Positions 18,964-32,985 are shown, numbered from the stretch's first letter. The stretch is DNA of 64,000 nucleotides from an uncultured Chryseobacterium sp. (GCA_964464935.1 CAYXKE010000007.1:8234-72233); one strand, 5' to 3'. A program made the numbers and translations. The notes: generated by a model from the letters alone, not told the origin.

Positions 18964-20080
18964 GGGCGCGAAGGAAATTGCGCAACGTGCCCATCTCCCG
19001 GGCCCCGTCCAGCGCGGCGGCCGCGAATTTAGCCTTTTCACGCAGGGCCTGCATGCGTGCCGGGTCGGCCTGCAGTGCCCGTACGGCACGGGCGATCAAG
19101 GCGGGATCGGCCGTGCGGACCACCACGCCCGCATCGTGCGCCCGCACCAGACCGGCCACCTCGGGCAGGTCCGTCACCAGCGCCGGGATGCCCGCATGGA
19201 AATAGTCGAACAGCTTGTTGGGCAGGCTGTAGCGGTAGTTCAGATTGGTGTCCTTGTCCAGCGACAACCCCAGATCGGCGTTCCGGGTGTAGCCCATCAT
19301 CTCCGCGTACGGCATCCGGGGCAGCATGCGCACGCGGTCGTGCAGGCCGTGTTCGTCCACCAGCCGCTGCAGCACGGGCCAGGCATCGCCCCCACCGATC
19401 AGCAGCAGCAGGCAGCCGGGCAGCTCGCGCATGGCCAGCACCGCCTCCTCGCCCCCCCGATCCACGTTGATGCCGCTCCCCTGGAACACCAGGATGAACC
19501 GGTCGACCGGCAGACCGAGCGCGGCGCGCGTGGGCGGCTCGGGCAGGGGCCGTGGCATGGGGATGTTGCGCACCACCGTCAGCGCCTTGCCATAGCGTTC
19601 GTGATACGCCTGGGCGATGCTGTCGTTCACCGTGATGATGTGGGAAAGGCGCGGGAAGAACCACCGCTCGATGGCCAGCCAAGCCCGCCGGGCGGTACGC
19701 GAACGCCCGTCCGGACGGAAGAGCTCGGGCACTTCGGTGAAGAACTCATGGCTGTCGTACACCAGCCGGCGGCCACGGAGGCGTGCGGCAAGGTGGGCGG
19801 CGGGCAGCGTATCGAGGTCGTTGGCCACCACCAGCTGGGCACGCGCCGTGAGCAGCAGCAGGAAGAGGCGCAGGTTGTACTCCGCATAGAACAAGGCCCC
19901 GCGTCGGAAGAGGAGCCGCATGCGCCGCGTGGCGTAGGGCCGGTGGAGCGGGGCGCTGTCGGGCAGGCGCCGCCCAACCAGCAGCACGTCCCAGCCCAGC
20001 TCCTGCAGCACGGTGCAGGTGCGGTGCACCCGGTTGTCGGTGCTCAGGTCGTTGGTCACGCAGACGATGGCGCGGCGCAT
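18956..20080 (-). CDS. Glycosyltransferase family 4 protein
   Basis: The ATG at 20080 gives MRRAIVCVTNDLSTDNRVHRTC...VANDLDTLPAA...YDSHEFFTE...SLPNKLFDYFHAGIP. The upstream 68 codons of the track ORF are Arg/Ala junk. Confidence 0.85.
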   Translation of the reverse strand: MRRAIVCVTNDLSTDNRVHRTCTVLQELGWDVLLVGRRLPDSAPLHRPYATRRMRLLFRRGALFYAEYNLRLFLLLLTARAQLVVANDLDTLPAAHLAARLRGRRLVYDSHEFFTEVPELFRPDGRSRTARRAWLAIERWFFPRLSHIITVNDSIAQAYHERYGKALTVVRNIPMPRPLPEPPTRAALGLPVDRFILVFQGSGINVDRGGEEAVLAMRELPGCLLLLIGGGDAWPVLQRLVDEHGLHDRVRMLPRMPYAEMMGYTRNADLGLSLDKDTNLNYRYSLPNKLFDYFHAGIPALVTDLPEVAGLVRAHDAGVVVRTADPALIARAVRALQADPARMQALREKAKFAAAALDGAREMGTLRNFLRALG

Positions 20081-20085
20081 GGCTG

Positions 20086-20093
20086 CAAGTTCC
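20086..20093 (-). promoter_or_regulatory. Candidate -7 box GGAACTTG, 5 nt upstream of the GT4 ATG
   Basis: Minus strand reads CGGGAACTTGCAGCCATG. It shares AACTTGCA with the murB and yhhN-like upstream regions. Confidence 0.35.
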
Positions 20094-20107
20094 CGCTGGG
20101 CGGTAGG

Positions 20108-20142
20108 CGCAAAGGAACGGCCCGTGGGGGTTGCCACGGGCC
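20108..20142 (-). terminator. Hairpin GGCCCGTGG-(6 nt)-CCACGGGCC with a weak T-tract, downstream of the CTD remnant
   Basis: Perfect 9-bp stem between 20119-20127 and 20134-20142. The minus strand continues GTTCCTTTGCGCC. Confidence 0.4.
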
Positions 20143-20163
20143 GTACGCGGGTGGGCGGGCACC

Positions 20164-20379
20164 TCACCGCACCTTCACGGCGCGCTTCACCACGTGCTCG
20201 CCGTCCAGCAGCAGCGTCACGTAATGCACGCCGGGCGCCAAGTGGGCGGTGTTCCATTCGTAGCGGTGCGCACCGGCGGGCCATGCGCCCCGCCCCGCTC
20301 CCCGCCCATCAGCCCGCCGTTGTGGACAGCCGGCTCCGTGGTGGTGCCCAAGCAGGCCGCCTTCCCGGTAAACTTGCAC
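20164..20379 (-). pseudogene. Decayed fragment of a T9SS C-terminal sorting domain (orphan tail)
   Basis: ORF 20164..20379 ends ...AGAHRYEWNTAHLAPGVHYVTLLLDGEHVVKRAVKVR, resembling the last two strands of a T9SS C-terminal domain. A neighbouring frame reads ...TEPAVHNGGLMGGERGG, resembling the preceding strand, which suggests a frameshift. No cargo domain lies upstream, because murB starts at 20391 on the other strand. Confidence 0.4.
20369..20376 (+). promoter_or_regulatory. Candidate -7 box TAAACTTG upstream of murB
   Basis: GGTAAACTTGCACCCCGTACCACCATG, with 14 nt between the box and the ATG. Confidence 0.4.
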
Positions 20380-20390
20380 CCCGTACCACC

Positions 20391-21413
20391 ATGCAGCTCA
20401 TTCCCGACGCCGACCTCACCCCCTACAACACCTTCGGCGTACGTGCCCGGGCGCGTTGGCTGGGCCGCTTCCGCAGCGCCGACGAGCTGCGCGCACTGCT
20501 GGCCCGCCCCGAGCTGAAGGACCTGCCGCAACTGGTGCTGGGCGGCGGCAGCAACGTGCTCTTCACGGGCGACCACCCCGGCGCCGTGCTGCTGAACGAA
20601 GTGCCGGGCATCTCCGTGGTGGGCGAGGACGAACGCCACGTGCTGGTGCGTGCCGGCGCGGGGGTGCGGTGGGACGAGCTGGTGATGCACGCCGTGGCCA
20701 ACGACTGGGGCGGCATCGAGAACATGAGCCTGATCCCCGGCAAGGTGGGCGCCGCACCCATGCAGAACATCGGCGCGTACGGCGTTGAGGTGAAGGACGT
20801 GTTCCATTCGCTGGAGGCACTGCGCATCGCCGATCACGAGGTGGTGACGTTCGACCGGGAGGCCTGCGCCTTCGGCTATCGGGAGAGCTTCTTCAAGCGG
20901 GCGGGCCGGGGCCGGTTCATCATCCTGAGCGTGACCGTGCGGCTCACCAAGCCACCGCACACCGTGAGCACGCAGTACGGCAGCATCAACGAGGAGCTGG
21001 CCCGACGCGGCATCACCGCACCCACCATCCGCGACATCAGCGAGGCGGTGATCGCCATCCGCCGCAGCAAACTGCCGGAACCCCGGGAACTGGGCAATGC
21101 GGGCAGCTTCTTCAAGAACCCGGTGGTGCCCGCGGAAGTGGCCGAGGCCATCCGGCGCGCGTTCCCCGATGCGCCCACGTACCCCGCACCGGGCGGGCAG
21201 GTGAAGCTGGCCGCGGGCTGGCTCATCGAGCAGGCGGGCTGGAAGGGGCACCGCACCAACGGATGTGGCGTGCACGCCCAGCAGGCACTGGTGCTGGTGA
21301 ACCACGGCGGTGCCACCGGCGGGGAGATCTATGCACTGAGCGAACGCATATGCCGCAGCGTGCGGGAACGCTTCGGCGTGGAACTGGAGCGCGAGGTGAA
21401 CATCATCGGTTGA
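20391..21413 (+). CDS. murB: UDP-N-acetylenolpyruvoylglucosamine reductase
   Basis: The ATG at 20391 gives MQLIPDADLTPYNTFGV...LGGGSNVLF...GIENMSLIPGKVGAAPMQNIGAYG...FGYRES...GNAGSFFKNP. Confidence 0.92.
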   Translation: MQLIPDADLTPYNTFGVRARARWLGRFRSADELRALLARPELKDLPQLVLGGGSNVLFTGDHPGAVLLNEVPGISVVGEDERHVLVRAGAGVRWDELVMHAVANDWGGIENMSLIPGKVGAAPMQNIGAYGVEVKDVFHSLEALRIADHEVVTFDREACAFGYRESFFKRAGRGRFIILSVTVRLTKPPHTVSTQYGSINEELARRGITAPTIRDISEAVIAIRRSKLPEPRELGNAGSFFKNPVVPAEVAEAIRRAFPDAPTYPAPGGQVKLAAGWLIEQAGWKGHRTNGCGVHAQQALVLVNHGGATGGEIYALSERICRSVRERFGVELEREVNIIG

Positions 21414-21469
21414 AGGAGGCCCGTGCGCGATGGGCCCGTGCACACCGAAGTAACTTGCACCGCTACCCG

Positions 21470-22201
21470 ATGCGTCCGCAGAAGAACACCATCCTCAACG
21501 GATCCCTCTACGCCGCGGCACTGGTGGGCACGATCGTGGCCCAGATGAACGGGCTCCACACGCTGGAGTACGTGTGCAAGCCCCTGCTCATGGTCATCCT
21601 GTCCAGTTGGTTCTATTTCAACAGCCGCCGCGTGGGCGATCGCTTCACGCTGCTCATCCAGGTGGGCCTCTTCTTCGCGCTGGTGGGCGATGTGATGCTG
21701 ATGCTCACCCACAAGGACCAGTTCTTCTTTCTGGTGGGCTTGGGGGCGTTCCTGATGACGCAGCTCTGTTACACGTTCGCTTTCGCGCAGAACATCGTGG
21801 ACAACCACGCGGGGCCGGGCGTCTTCGTGTCGTGGCTGATCGCGCTGGGACTGGGCACCTTCGCCTTTTTCTTCGGATGGACCCTGCTCCCCGCGGTGGA
21901 CGAGGTGATGTTCATGCCGATCGTGGCCTACCTGATCGCGATCACCGCCATGGGCACCGCCGCCGGGTTCCGCTACCGCCGCACCTTCCCGTTGAGCTTC
22001 TTGCTGGTGCTGGTAGGCGCACTGCTGTTCATCACCTCCGATGCGATCCTGGCCACTGAACGATTCGTGCGCCACATGGAGCACGCCCGCTGGTCGGTGA
22101 TGGTCACCTACGGCATGGCACAGTTCCTCATCGCCGCCGGTTGTCTGGTGCACGTGTTGGACCCGGACGAGATCCGGCGCAAGGCCGTGCTGCAGCCGTA
22201 G
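21470..22201 (+). CDS. YhhN-family lysoplasmalogenase-like membrane protein
   Basis: Multi-TM protein from the ATG at 21470: LEYVCKPLLMVILS...LFFALVGDVMLM...AYLIAITAM...LFITSDAILA. Confidence 0.75.
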   Translation: MRPQKNTILNGSLYAAALVGTIVAQMNGLHTLEYVCKPLLMVILSSWFYFNSRRVGDRFTLLIQVGLFFALVGDVMLMLTHKDQFFFLVGLGAFLMTQLCYTFAFAQNIVDNHAGPGVFVSWLIALGLGTFAFFFGWTLLPAVDEVMFMPIVAYLIAITAMGTAAGFRYRRTFPLSFLLVLVGALLFITSDAILATERFVRHMEHARWSVMVTYGMAQFLIAAGCLVHVLDPDEIRRKAVLQP

Positions 22202-22209
22202 CCCTTCGT

Positions 22210-24312
22210 TCAGCTGATCCGGCCCCACACGGGCGCACCGGCCGTGCGCTCCTTGAGCGTGCGCGCCACCATGGCATGGGCGGGGTCGGTGAGTGCGGGA
22301 TCGCTTTCCAGCAGCCGCTGGGCCACCTCACGGGCCTGCTGCATCAATGCGGCGTCCTCCACCAGATCGGCGATCCGCAGGTCGGGCAGGCCGCTCTGCT
22401 TCGTCCCCATCAGGTCGCCCGGCCCGCGCAGCCGCAGATCGGTCTCGGCGATCTGGAACCCGTCGTTGGTGCGCACCATGGTGTCGATGCGTTCCCGCGC
22501 CTCGTTGCCCAGCTTCCCGCCGGTCATCAGGATGCAGTAGCTCTGATCGGCACCGCGCCCCACGCGGCCGCGCAACTGGTGCAATTGGGAGAGGCCGAAG
22601 CGCTCGGCGTTCTCGATCACCATCACGCTGGCGTTGGGCACGTCCACGCCCACTTCGATCACGGTGGTGGCCACCAGCACGTCGGTCTCTCCTTTCTTGA
22701 ACCGCGCCATCTCGTAGTCCTTGGTGGCCTGGTCCATCCGGCCGTGCACGATGCCCACGGCATACCGGGGCAGCGGGAACCGTCGCGACAGGCTCTCGTA
22801 GCCGTCCATCACGTCCTTCAGATCGGTCTTCTCGCTCTCCTCCACCAACGGGTATACCACGTACACCTGGCGCCCCTTGGCGATCTCCTGTTCCAGGAAG
22901 CCGAACACGGCATTGCGCGAGCGGTCATCGCGATGCACGGTGCGCACGGGCTTACGGCCGGGCGGCAGCTCGTCGATCACGCTGGTGTCGAGGTCGCCGT
23001 AGAGCGTCATGGCCAGCGTGCGCGGGATGGGCGTGGCGGTCATCACCAGCACGTGGGGCGGTACCTCGGCCTTGGCCCACAGACGCGCGCGCTGGGCCAC
23101 CCCGAAGCGGTGCTGCTCATCGATCACCACCAGGCCCAGCCGGTCGAACACCACCCGGTCCTCCAGCAGTGCGTGCGTGCCCACGATGATGTGTACGGCG
23201 CCCGCGCGCAGAGCCGTGAGTATGCTCTTTCGCTCGGCCGCGCGGGTGTTGCCCGTGAGCAGGCGCACCACCACGGGCATGTCCTTCAGCATGCCGCTGA
23301 TGGTGTTGAAGTGCTGCTGAGCAAGGATCTCCGTGGGTGCCATCAACGCGCATTGGGCGCCGTTGTCCAGGGCGATGAGCATCGAGAGCAGCGCGACGAG
23401 CGTCTTGCCGCTGCCCACATCGCCCTGCACCAGCCGGTTCATCTGCCGGCCGCTGCGCATGTCGCGCCGGATCTCCTTTACCACGCGCTTCTGGGCGCCG
23501 GTGGGCTCGAAGGGCAGGTGCTTCGTGTAGAACGTGTGGAACAGCTCGCCCACCGCACCGAACACGCGGCCGTGCTGGCCTTGCTGGAGCAGGTGTTTCT
23601 GCTGCAACAGGCGCAACTGCACATAGAACAGCTCCTCGAACTTCAGGCGGCGGCGCGCGACCTCCAGCGTGGCGGCATCGGGTGGGGCGTGCATGGCGCG
23701 CACCGCCTCCTCATGGGAGAGCCCGCCGAGCATGCGCACCACGGGCGTCGGGAGGTTCTCGGGCAATTGGCCCTGCACCAGCGGCAGCAAGGTCTTCTGC
23801 AGCTTCCAGATGGCCTTGCTGCCCAGCCCCTTGGCGCCCAGCTTCTCCGTGGTGCGGTACACCGGCTGCAACGCGCTGGGCACCTCCGCGGGGCCCTCGC
23901 CCACCGGCTCGAGCTCGGGGTGGGCGAAGTTGGGCCGACCGTTGAACCACGTGGGTTTGCCGTAGAGCACGTATGGCTGACCGGGCTTGAGGCTGCCCTG
24001 CAGCCAGCGCACGCCCTTGAACCACACCAGTTCCACGGTGGCGGTGCCGTCGCTGAACGCGGCCACCAGCCGCGACATGCCCTTGCCGCCCACGGACCGC
24101 AGCGGGCCCAGCACGCCGCGTACCTGCACTGTGCCGGACTCGGCGTTCAGGTCGGCCAGGCGATGGAACCGTGTGCGGTCCACATGCCGAAAGGGGAAGT
24201 GGGCCAGCAGATCGCCGAAGGTGTGGATGTCCAGCTCCTTGCGCAACAGTTCGCCCCGCTGGGGGCCCACGCCCCGAAGGAACTCGATCGGGGTGTCGAG
24301 CACATCGCGCAT
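22210..24312 (-). CDS. recG: ATP-dependent DNA helicase RecG
   Basis: 700 aa with a wedge domain and SF2 helicase motifs (GDVGSGKT, DEQHRFG, TATPIPRT, QLHQLRGRVGRG). Confidence 0.95.
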   Translation of the reverse strand: MRDVLDTPIEFLRGVGPQRGELLRKELDIHTFGDLLAHFPFRHVDRTRFHRLADLNAESGTVQVRGVLGPLRSVGGKGMSRLVAAFSDGTATVELVWFKGVRWLQGSLKPGQPYVLYGKPTWFNGRPNFAHPELEPVGEGPAEVPSALQPVYRTTEKLGAKGLGSKAIWKLQKTLLPLVQGQLPENLPTPVVRMLGGLSHEEAVRAMHAPPDAATLEVARRRLKFEELFYVQLRLLQQKHLLQQGQHGRVFGAVGELFHTFYTKHLPFEPTGAQKRVVKEIRRDMRSGRQMNRLVQGDVGSGKTLVALLSMLIALDNGAQCALMAPTEILAQQHFNTISGMLKDMPVVVRLLTGNTRAAERKSILTALRAGAVHIIVGTHALLEDRVVFDRLGLVVIDEQHRFGVAQRARLWAKAEVPPHVLVMTATPIPRTLAMTLYGDLDTSVIDELPPGRKPVRTVHRDDRSRNAVFGFLEQEIAKGRQVYVVYPLVEESEKTDLKDVMDGYESLSRRFPLPRYAVGIVHGRMDQATKDYEMARFKKGETDVLVATTVIEVGVDVPNASVMVIENAERFGLSQLHQLRGRVGRGADQSYCILMTGGKLGNEARERIDTMVRTNDGFQIAETDLRLRGPGDLMGTKQSGLPDLRIADLVEDAALMQQAREVAQRLLESDPALTDPAHAMVARTLKERTAGAPVWGRIS

Positions 24313-24317
24313 GGGCC

Positions 24318-24352
24318 GAAAATACGGGCGCCCGGCCGCGATGGCCGGGCGC
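24318..24352 (-). terminator. Intrinsic terminator after guaB; its U-tract abuts the recG start
   Basis: Perfect 10-bp stem GCGCCCGGCC (24328-24337) / GGCCGGGCGC (24343-24352) with loop GCGAT. The minus strand continues CCGTATTTTCGGCCCATG, where ATG is the recG start. Confidence 0.7.
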
Positions 24353-24377
24353 TCCGCGCGTCGAAAGAACGGGTGGC

Positions 24378-28121
<3,744 letters not shown>

Positions 28122-28125
<4 letters not shown>

Positions 28126-29150
28126 CGCTGCATGCGTTTATCCTCCTGCAGCGCGCGCTTGATGCGGTCCACATCGCTGTCGCTCAGCTTGGGCAGGCGG
28201 TCCTTCCTTCCGAAGAGCGAGAGGTGCACGTAGCGGTTGGGGTTCAGGCGCAGGTCCTCCATCAACAGGTCAAGCTCGCGGCTGGCGCTCTGCAGGTTCT
28301 GGTACAGGGTGTCGTTGTGCAACAGGGCGCCCAGGGTGCCTTCGCCGCGCTCCATGCGGTCCATCAGGGTCTTGAGCTGGCCACTGGCCGAGGTGAGGTC
28401 GGCCATCACCTGGTCCAGCCCGCCATGGGCAAGGGTGCTGCTGATGGAGTCGAGGTTGGCCACGATGCGGCCGATCTCGTCGTTGTACGCACGGAAGTTC
28501 GCCGTGATGGCCTCGATGTGCCCGAGGGTGTTGTGGATGGTCTCCCGTTCGGCGGCGATCATCGCATCGATGCGTTGGGCGCTCTGGTTGAATGTCTCCA
28601 GGGTGCTGCGGATGCTGGAGAAGCTCGCGTCGATGTCGCGGCGGGCGCTGTCGTTGAGGATCAGCTGCAGGGCGGTGAGCACGGAGTCCACGCTCGCGAG
28701 CATCCCCTCGGCCTTGCGCTTCAGCGGATCGATCTGCTCGCCCACCGCGTCGGTAATGCTCAACTGAGCGCCGCCCATGAGCGTGTCGCCCGGAGTGGCC
28801 ATCGTGTTGGAAACGCCCGGCAGCAGCTGCAACGCCCGGGTGAACAGATCAGCGCTGTAGATCTCCACGCGGCTGTCCGCGGGCAGTTTCAGCTCCTGCT
28901 CGCTCAGTTGGAAGCTCACGGCGATGCGGCCGGAGCCGGGCAGGAACGAGGTGCGCACCACCTGGCCCACCTTGTAGCCGTTGTAGAACACGGGCGTGGA
29001 CTCACCGATGCCGGCCACGTTGCCGTACACCACGTGGTACACATTGCGCTTCTGCAGCAGGTCGAGACCTTTGAGGTAGTTCACACCGAAGACCAGCAGA
29101 ACGGCACCGGCCAGGACCAGGAGGGCAATGGAATATTCACGTCGCTTCAT
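28122..29150 (-). CDS. MlaD/MCE-domain protein
   Basis: N-terminal TM anchor, then the MCE fold signature (YHVVYGNVAGIGESTPVFYNGYKVGQV) and a long helical C-terminus. Confidence 0.85.
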
Positions 29151-29171
29151 GCGCAGGTGGCGAAGCCCCGG

Positions 29172-30353
29172 TCAGCGGCCATGGGCCAATTTAACAGCTT
29201 CCTGAAGATCCATCCGTTCGCCATCGCGGAAAGCCACGATGAACGCGCCTTCGAAGCCCTTCTCGCGACAGCGTGCTTGCAGACGCCGGGCGGCCTCCAG
29301 GGAGGTCTCATTGCCCACGGTGTAGCGGTAGGTGCCGGCTCCCTTGTGCTCCTCCACCCCTTCGAGCCCGTTGAAATTCGCGGGCTTGGTGTCCATGCGT
29401 CGGGCCGTGGTGGCGATCTGCACCTTGAAGCGCACCCCGCTCGTGGTCACCACCGCTGCGGGCTCTTCCTTCGCCGGGGTGGAAGGGGCCGGTGCGGCAG
29501 GCGTGCTGCTCTGGGCGACCGGGGCCGTGGTGGGCGCCGAGGGCCCATGGCTCTCCAGCGCGATCTTGTACTCCTTGAAGGCCCGGTAGATGGCGCTGGC
29601 CAGATGATCCTGCCCCAGCTTGCTCTGGAGGTAATCCTCCTCCTCCGGGTTGGAGAGGAAGCCCAGTTCCACCAGCACCGACGGCATGGTGGTGTAGCTG
29701 ATCACCAGGAAGCCGGCCTGCTTCACCCCGCGGTCGGGCCGGCCCACGCGCTCCTTGAACTGCTTCTGCAACAGCGAGCTGAAGAACAGGCTCTGGTCCA
29801 GGTACACGTTCTGGCGCAGGCTCAGGGCGATGATGCTCTCGGGGTCCTTCGGGTCGAAGCCATCGTAGCGCAGCTCGTGGCCTTCCTCCAACAGGATCGA
29901 GGCGTTCTCCTTCATGGCCACCCGCATGTTGGCCTCGGTCTTGTGCAGACCCATCACGTACGTCTCCGCCCCCACGGGTTTGGACGACTCGTTGCTGTTG
30001 CAGTGGATGCTGATGAAGAGGTCGGCCTTCGCGCGGTTGGCGATCATGCTCCGCTCCATCAACTCCACGAAATGGTCCTTGTCGCGGGTGTAAATGACCT
30101 GCACATCGGGGAAGGCCTCGCTGATGTACTTGCCGGCGAGCAGGCCCACGTTCAGCGCGATGTCCTTCTCGTGGGTGCGGTAACGGCCCGTGCCGGTGGC
30201 ACCGGGGTCCTTGCCCCCGTGGCCGGGATCGATCACCACGGTGCGGATGCGCCCGGGATCACGCCCCTGGCCCATGGCCGGGCGCGGGCCGAAAAGACCC
30301 AAGGCCACCACACAGGCGGCCCCACACACGATCCGGGTCAGGTGGCGTTCCAT
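29172..30353 (-). CDS. N-acetylmuramoyl-L-alanine amidase (Amidase_3) with Pro/Ala linker and C-terminal SPOR domain
   Basis: VVIDPGHGGKDPGA...ISIHCNS...VLVELGFLSN. The C-terminal FKVQIATTARRMD...YRYTVGNETSLEAARRLQARCREKGFEGAFIVAF is SPOR-like. ATG at 30353. Confidence 0.88.
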   Translation of the reverse strand: MERHLTRIVCGAACVVALGLFGPRPAMGQGRDPGRIRTVVIDPGHGGKDPGATGTGRYRTHEKDIALNVGLLAGKYISEAFPDVQVIYTRDKDHFVELMERSMIANRAKADLFISIHCNSNESSKPVGAETYVMGLHKTEANMRVAMKENASILLEEGHELRYDGFDPKDPESIIALSLRQNVYLDQSLFFSSLLQKQFKERVGRPDRGVKQAGFLVISYTTMPSVLVELGFLSNPEEEDYLQSKLGQDHLASAIYRAFKEYKIALESHGPSAPTTAPVAQSSTPAAPAPSTPAKEEPAAVVTTSGVRFKVQIATTARRMDTKPANFNGLEGVEEHKGAGTYRYTVGNETSLEAARRLQARCREKGFEGAFIVAFRDGERMDLQEAVKLAHGR

Positions 30354-30486
30354 GGAAGGGGGAAGGCGATGCGGTATTTTCGCCGCGCCCAGCCCCGGAC
30401 ATCGGCCCGGCGCATCCATGACGCGAACTCCCCGCATCCGGCCTTCATGGCGCGAACTTAACGGACGATGGACCGGGGGCTGGTGG

Positions 30487-32985
30487 ATGCGGAGGGCAGT
30501 TTTCATCAGCGGGATGTTGGGCAACGCGCTGGGCGGGGCCCACGGCCAGGCCTTGGAGAGCGAGGTGGCGTACAGCGCCCGCGACAGCATCCGGTACGAC
30601 CTGCGCGCCCAGGAGGTGCACCTCTTCGGCGCCGCCACCGTGACGTACCAAGGGGTACAGCTCAGCGCGGAACGGATCATCTTCAGCTTCAAGAACGAGG
30701 AAGCGCGCGCCTTTGGTGCCCCCGACAGCACCGGCAAAGTGCAGGGCCGCCCCCGGTTCACCCAGGAGGACCACGCCTTCGATGCCGACAGCATCCGGTA
30801 CAACTTCCGATCCAAGTCCGGGCTCATCCGCGAGGTCACCACCCAGGAACAGGAGACCTGGGTGCATGCCCATTTGAGCAAGCGCCATGCCGGTGGCGAG
30901 GTGCACAGCACGGGCGGCATGCTCACCACCTGCGACCGCCCCCACCCCCACTACCACTTCCGCGTGGGGCGCATGATGGTGATCCCCGACGACAAGATCG
31001 TGACCGGCCCGGCCTACATGAAGATCGGCCCGGTGCCCACCCCGCTGGCCGTGCCCTTCGGCTTGTTCCCCAACAAAAAGGGCCGCAGCAGCGGCGTGCT
31101 CATCCCGGTGTGGGGCAACAGCGACCAGCTCGGGTACTTCCTGCTCAATGGGGGGTACTACATTCCCATGGGCGACCATGCCGACCTGCAGCTCACCGGC
31201 GACATCTACAGCCGGGGCAGCTGGGCCGCACGCGCCCAGGCCCGCTACCGCACGCGCTACCGTTACTCCGGCAACGTGGACATCAGCCGAAGCACCCAGC
31301 TCAACAGCGATCCGGAGTTCCCCGATTTCAGCAAGCTGAACAACTTCTTCGTGCGGTGGAACCATTTGGTGGACAGCCGGGCCAGCCTCACGGACCGCTT
31401 TTCGGCCAGCGTGAACGTGGGCACCAGCCAGAACTTCGCCAACAACTTCAACAGCAACCTCAACGACTACCTGAGCAACACCTTCCAGAGCAACATCGCC
31501 TGGACGCACCTGTGGCCCGGCCGTCCCTACAACCTCAGCGCCAACCTGCGCCACAGCCAGAACACCCTCAACCGCACCTTCGACCTCACCCTGCCGGCGG
31601 TCACCTTCAACCTGCAGCGGCTCCTGCCCATCCAGCTGCTGCGTCCGCCGGGCGCCGCTCCCCGCTGGTACGACCAGCTGAGCGTGAGCTACACCGCCAC
31701 CTTCGAGAACCGCCTGCGCACCACCGAGGACCAACTCGCGCTGGACAACTTCACCTACCTGGCCGGCCAGTTGCGCAACGGCGTGCGCCACACGGCCAAT
31801 GTGGGCACCACGCTGAAGAACCGCTTCTTCACGCTGAACCCCGAGTTCCGCGCCACCGACCGCATGTACTTCGACCGGCTGCACAAGACGCTGGTGGAGA
31901 CGGAGGACACCACGTTCGTACGCACTGACACCATCTCGTACTTCAGCGCACCCTTCGAGTGGAGCGCCGGCGCCACCCTCACCAGCAAGCTCTACTTCAT
32001 GTACAGCTACAAGGGCCGCCGCCTCAAGGCCATCCGCCATGTGATGACGCCCACGGCCAGCCTCAATTACCGGCCCGACCAGAGCACCGAGATCACCGGC
32101 CCGTACGGACCCAACGGCACGCCGGGCAACTACTCCCCGTTCGACGCGGGCATCTTCGGCAAACCAGCGGCCGGCCAGAGCAGCACCTTGTCCCTGGGAC
32201 TGCTCAACAACGTGGAGGCAAAAGTGCTGGACCGGCGCGCCCCGGCCGACAGCACCGGCCGCAGCGGGGACGCCTACCGGAAGATGAAGTTGCTCGACTT
32301 CGTGGGCATCACCTCCAATTACGACCTGCTGGCCGATTCGCTGCCCTGGTCGCCGGTGAACATCGCGGCGCGCACGCTCCTGTTCAACATCATGAACGTG
32401 AACGTCACCAGCCTCTGGGACCCCTATGCCGTGGACGATCTGGGGCGCCGCATCACCACGAGCGAATTCGACCGCTCCGGCCGGCTGGCCCGCATGACCT
32501 ACACCAACGTGGCCGTGGGGCTCGATCTGCAGAGCCGCCGCTATGGCCAGTCCACCAATGACGATCACGGGCGCCGCCGGAACAAGGTGGTGGAGGACCC
32601 CGATCCCGCCAAGGGCGGTGCCGTGAGCTTGAGCCTCCCCTGGCGCCTGAACGTGAACTACAGTTACGACGTGAACCGCACCTACCTGGGCGGCCGGCAC
32701 AGCGATGTGGACCGCCAGAGCGTGATCTTCAACGGCGACCTGAACATCCTGCGCCATTGGAAGCTGGGCGTGAGCAGTGGCTACGACCTCACCAACCAGG
32801 ACTGGACGCCCACCTCGCTCAATCTCTACTGGGACCTGCACTGCTGGGAGTTCAACTTCAACATCATCCCCATCGGGGTGCGGAAGAGCTTCATGTTCCG
32901 CATCAACGTGAAGGCGAGCGTGCTGCGCGACCTGAAGTTCGAACAACGGAGGCCGTACGGCGGGGCGGGCGATCTGATGTACTGA
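30487..32985 (+). CDS. lptD: LptD/OstA-like outer-membrane LPS-assembly protein (Bacteroidetes type)
   Basis: OstA-like N-terminal domain (DSIRYDLRAQEVHLFGAATVTYQGVQLSAERIIF) followed by a large beta-barrel. The ATG at 30487 is chosen because GC3 rises sharply there. An alternative ATG at 30418 is possible. Confidence 0.7.
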   Translation: MRRAVFISGMLGNALGGAHGQALESEVAYSARDSIRYDLRAQEVHLFGAATVTYQGVQLSAERIIFSFKNEEARAFGAPDSTGKVQGRPRFTQEDHAFDADSIRYNFRSKSGLIREVTTQEQETWVHAHLSKRHAGGEVHSTGGMLTTCDRPHPHYHFRVGRMMVIPDDKIVTGPAYMKIGPVPTPLAVPFGLFPNKKGRSSGVLIPVWGNSDQLGYFLLNGGYYIPMGDHADLQLTGDIYSRGSWAARAQARYRTRYRYSGNVDISRSTQLNSDPEFPDFSKLNNFFVRWNHLVDSRASLTDRFSASVNVGTSQNFANNFNSNLNDYLSNTFQSNIAWTHLWPGRPYNLSANLRHSQNTLNRTFDLTLPAVTFNLQRLLPIQLLRPPGAAPRWYDQLSVSYTATFENRLRTTEDQLALDNFTYLAGQLRNGVRHTANVGTTLKNRFFTLNPEFRATDRMYFDRLHKTLVETEDTTFVRTDTISYFSAPFEWSAGATLTSKLYFMYSYKGRRLKAIRHVMTPTASLNYRPDQSTEITGPYGPNGTPGNYSPFDAGIFGKPAAGQSSTLSLGLLNNVEAKVLDRRAPADSTGRSGDAYRKMKLLDFVGITSNYDLLADSLPWSPVNIAARTLLFNIMNVNVTSLWDPYAVDDLGRRITTSEFDRSGRLARMTYTNVAVGLDLQSRRYGQSTNDDHGRRRNKVVEDPDPAKGGAVSLSLPWRLNVNYSYDVNRTYLGGRHSDVDRQSVIFNGDLNILRHWKLGVSSGYDLTNQDWTPTSLNLYWDLHCWEFNFNIIPIGVRKSFMFRINVKASVLRDLKFEQRRPYGGAGDLMY

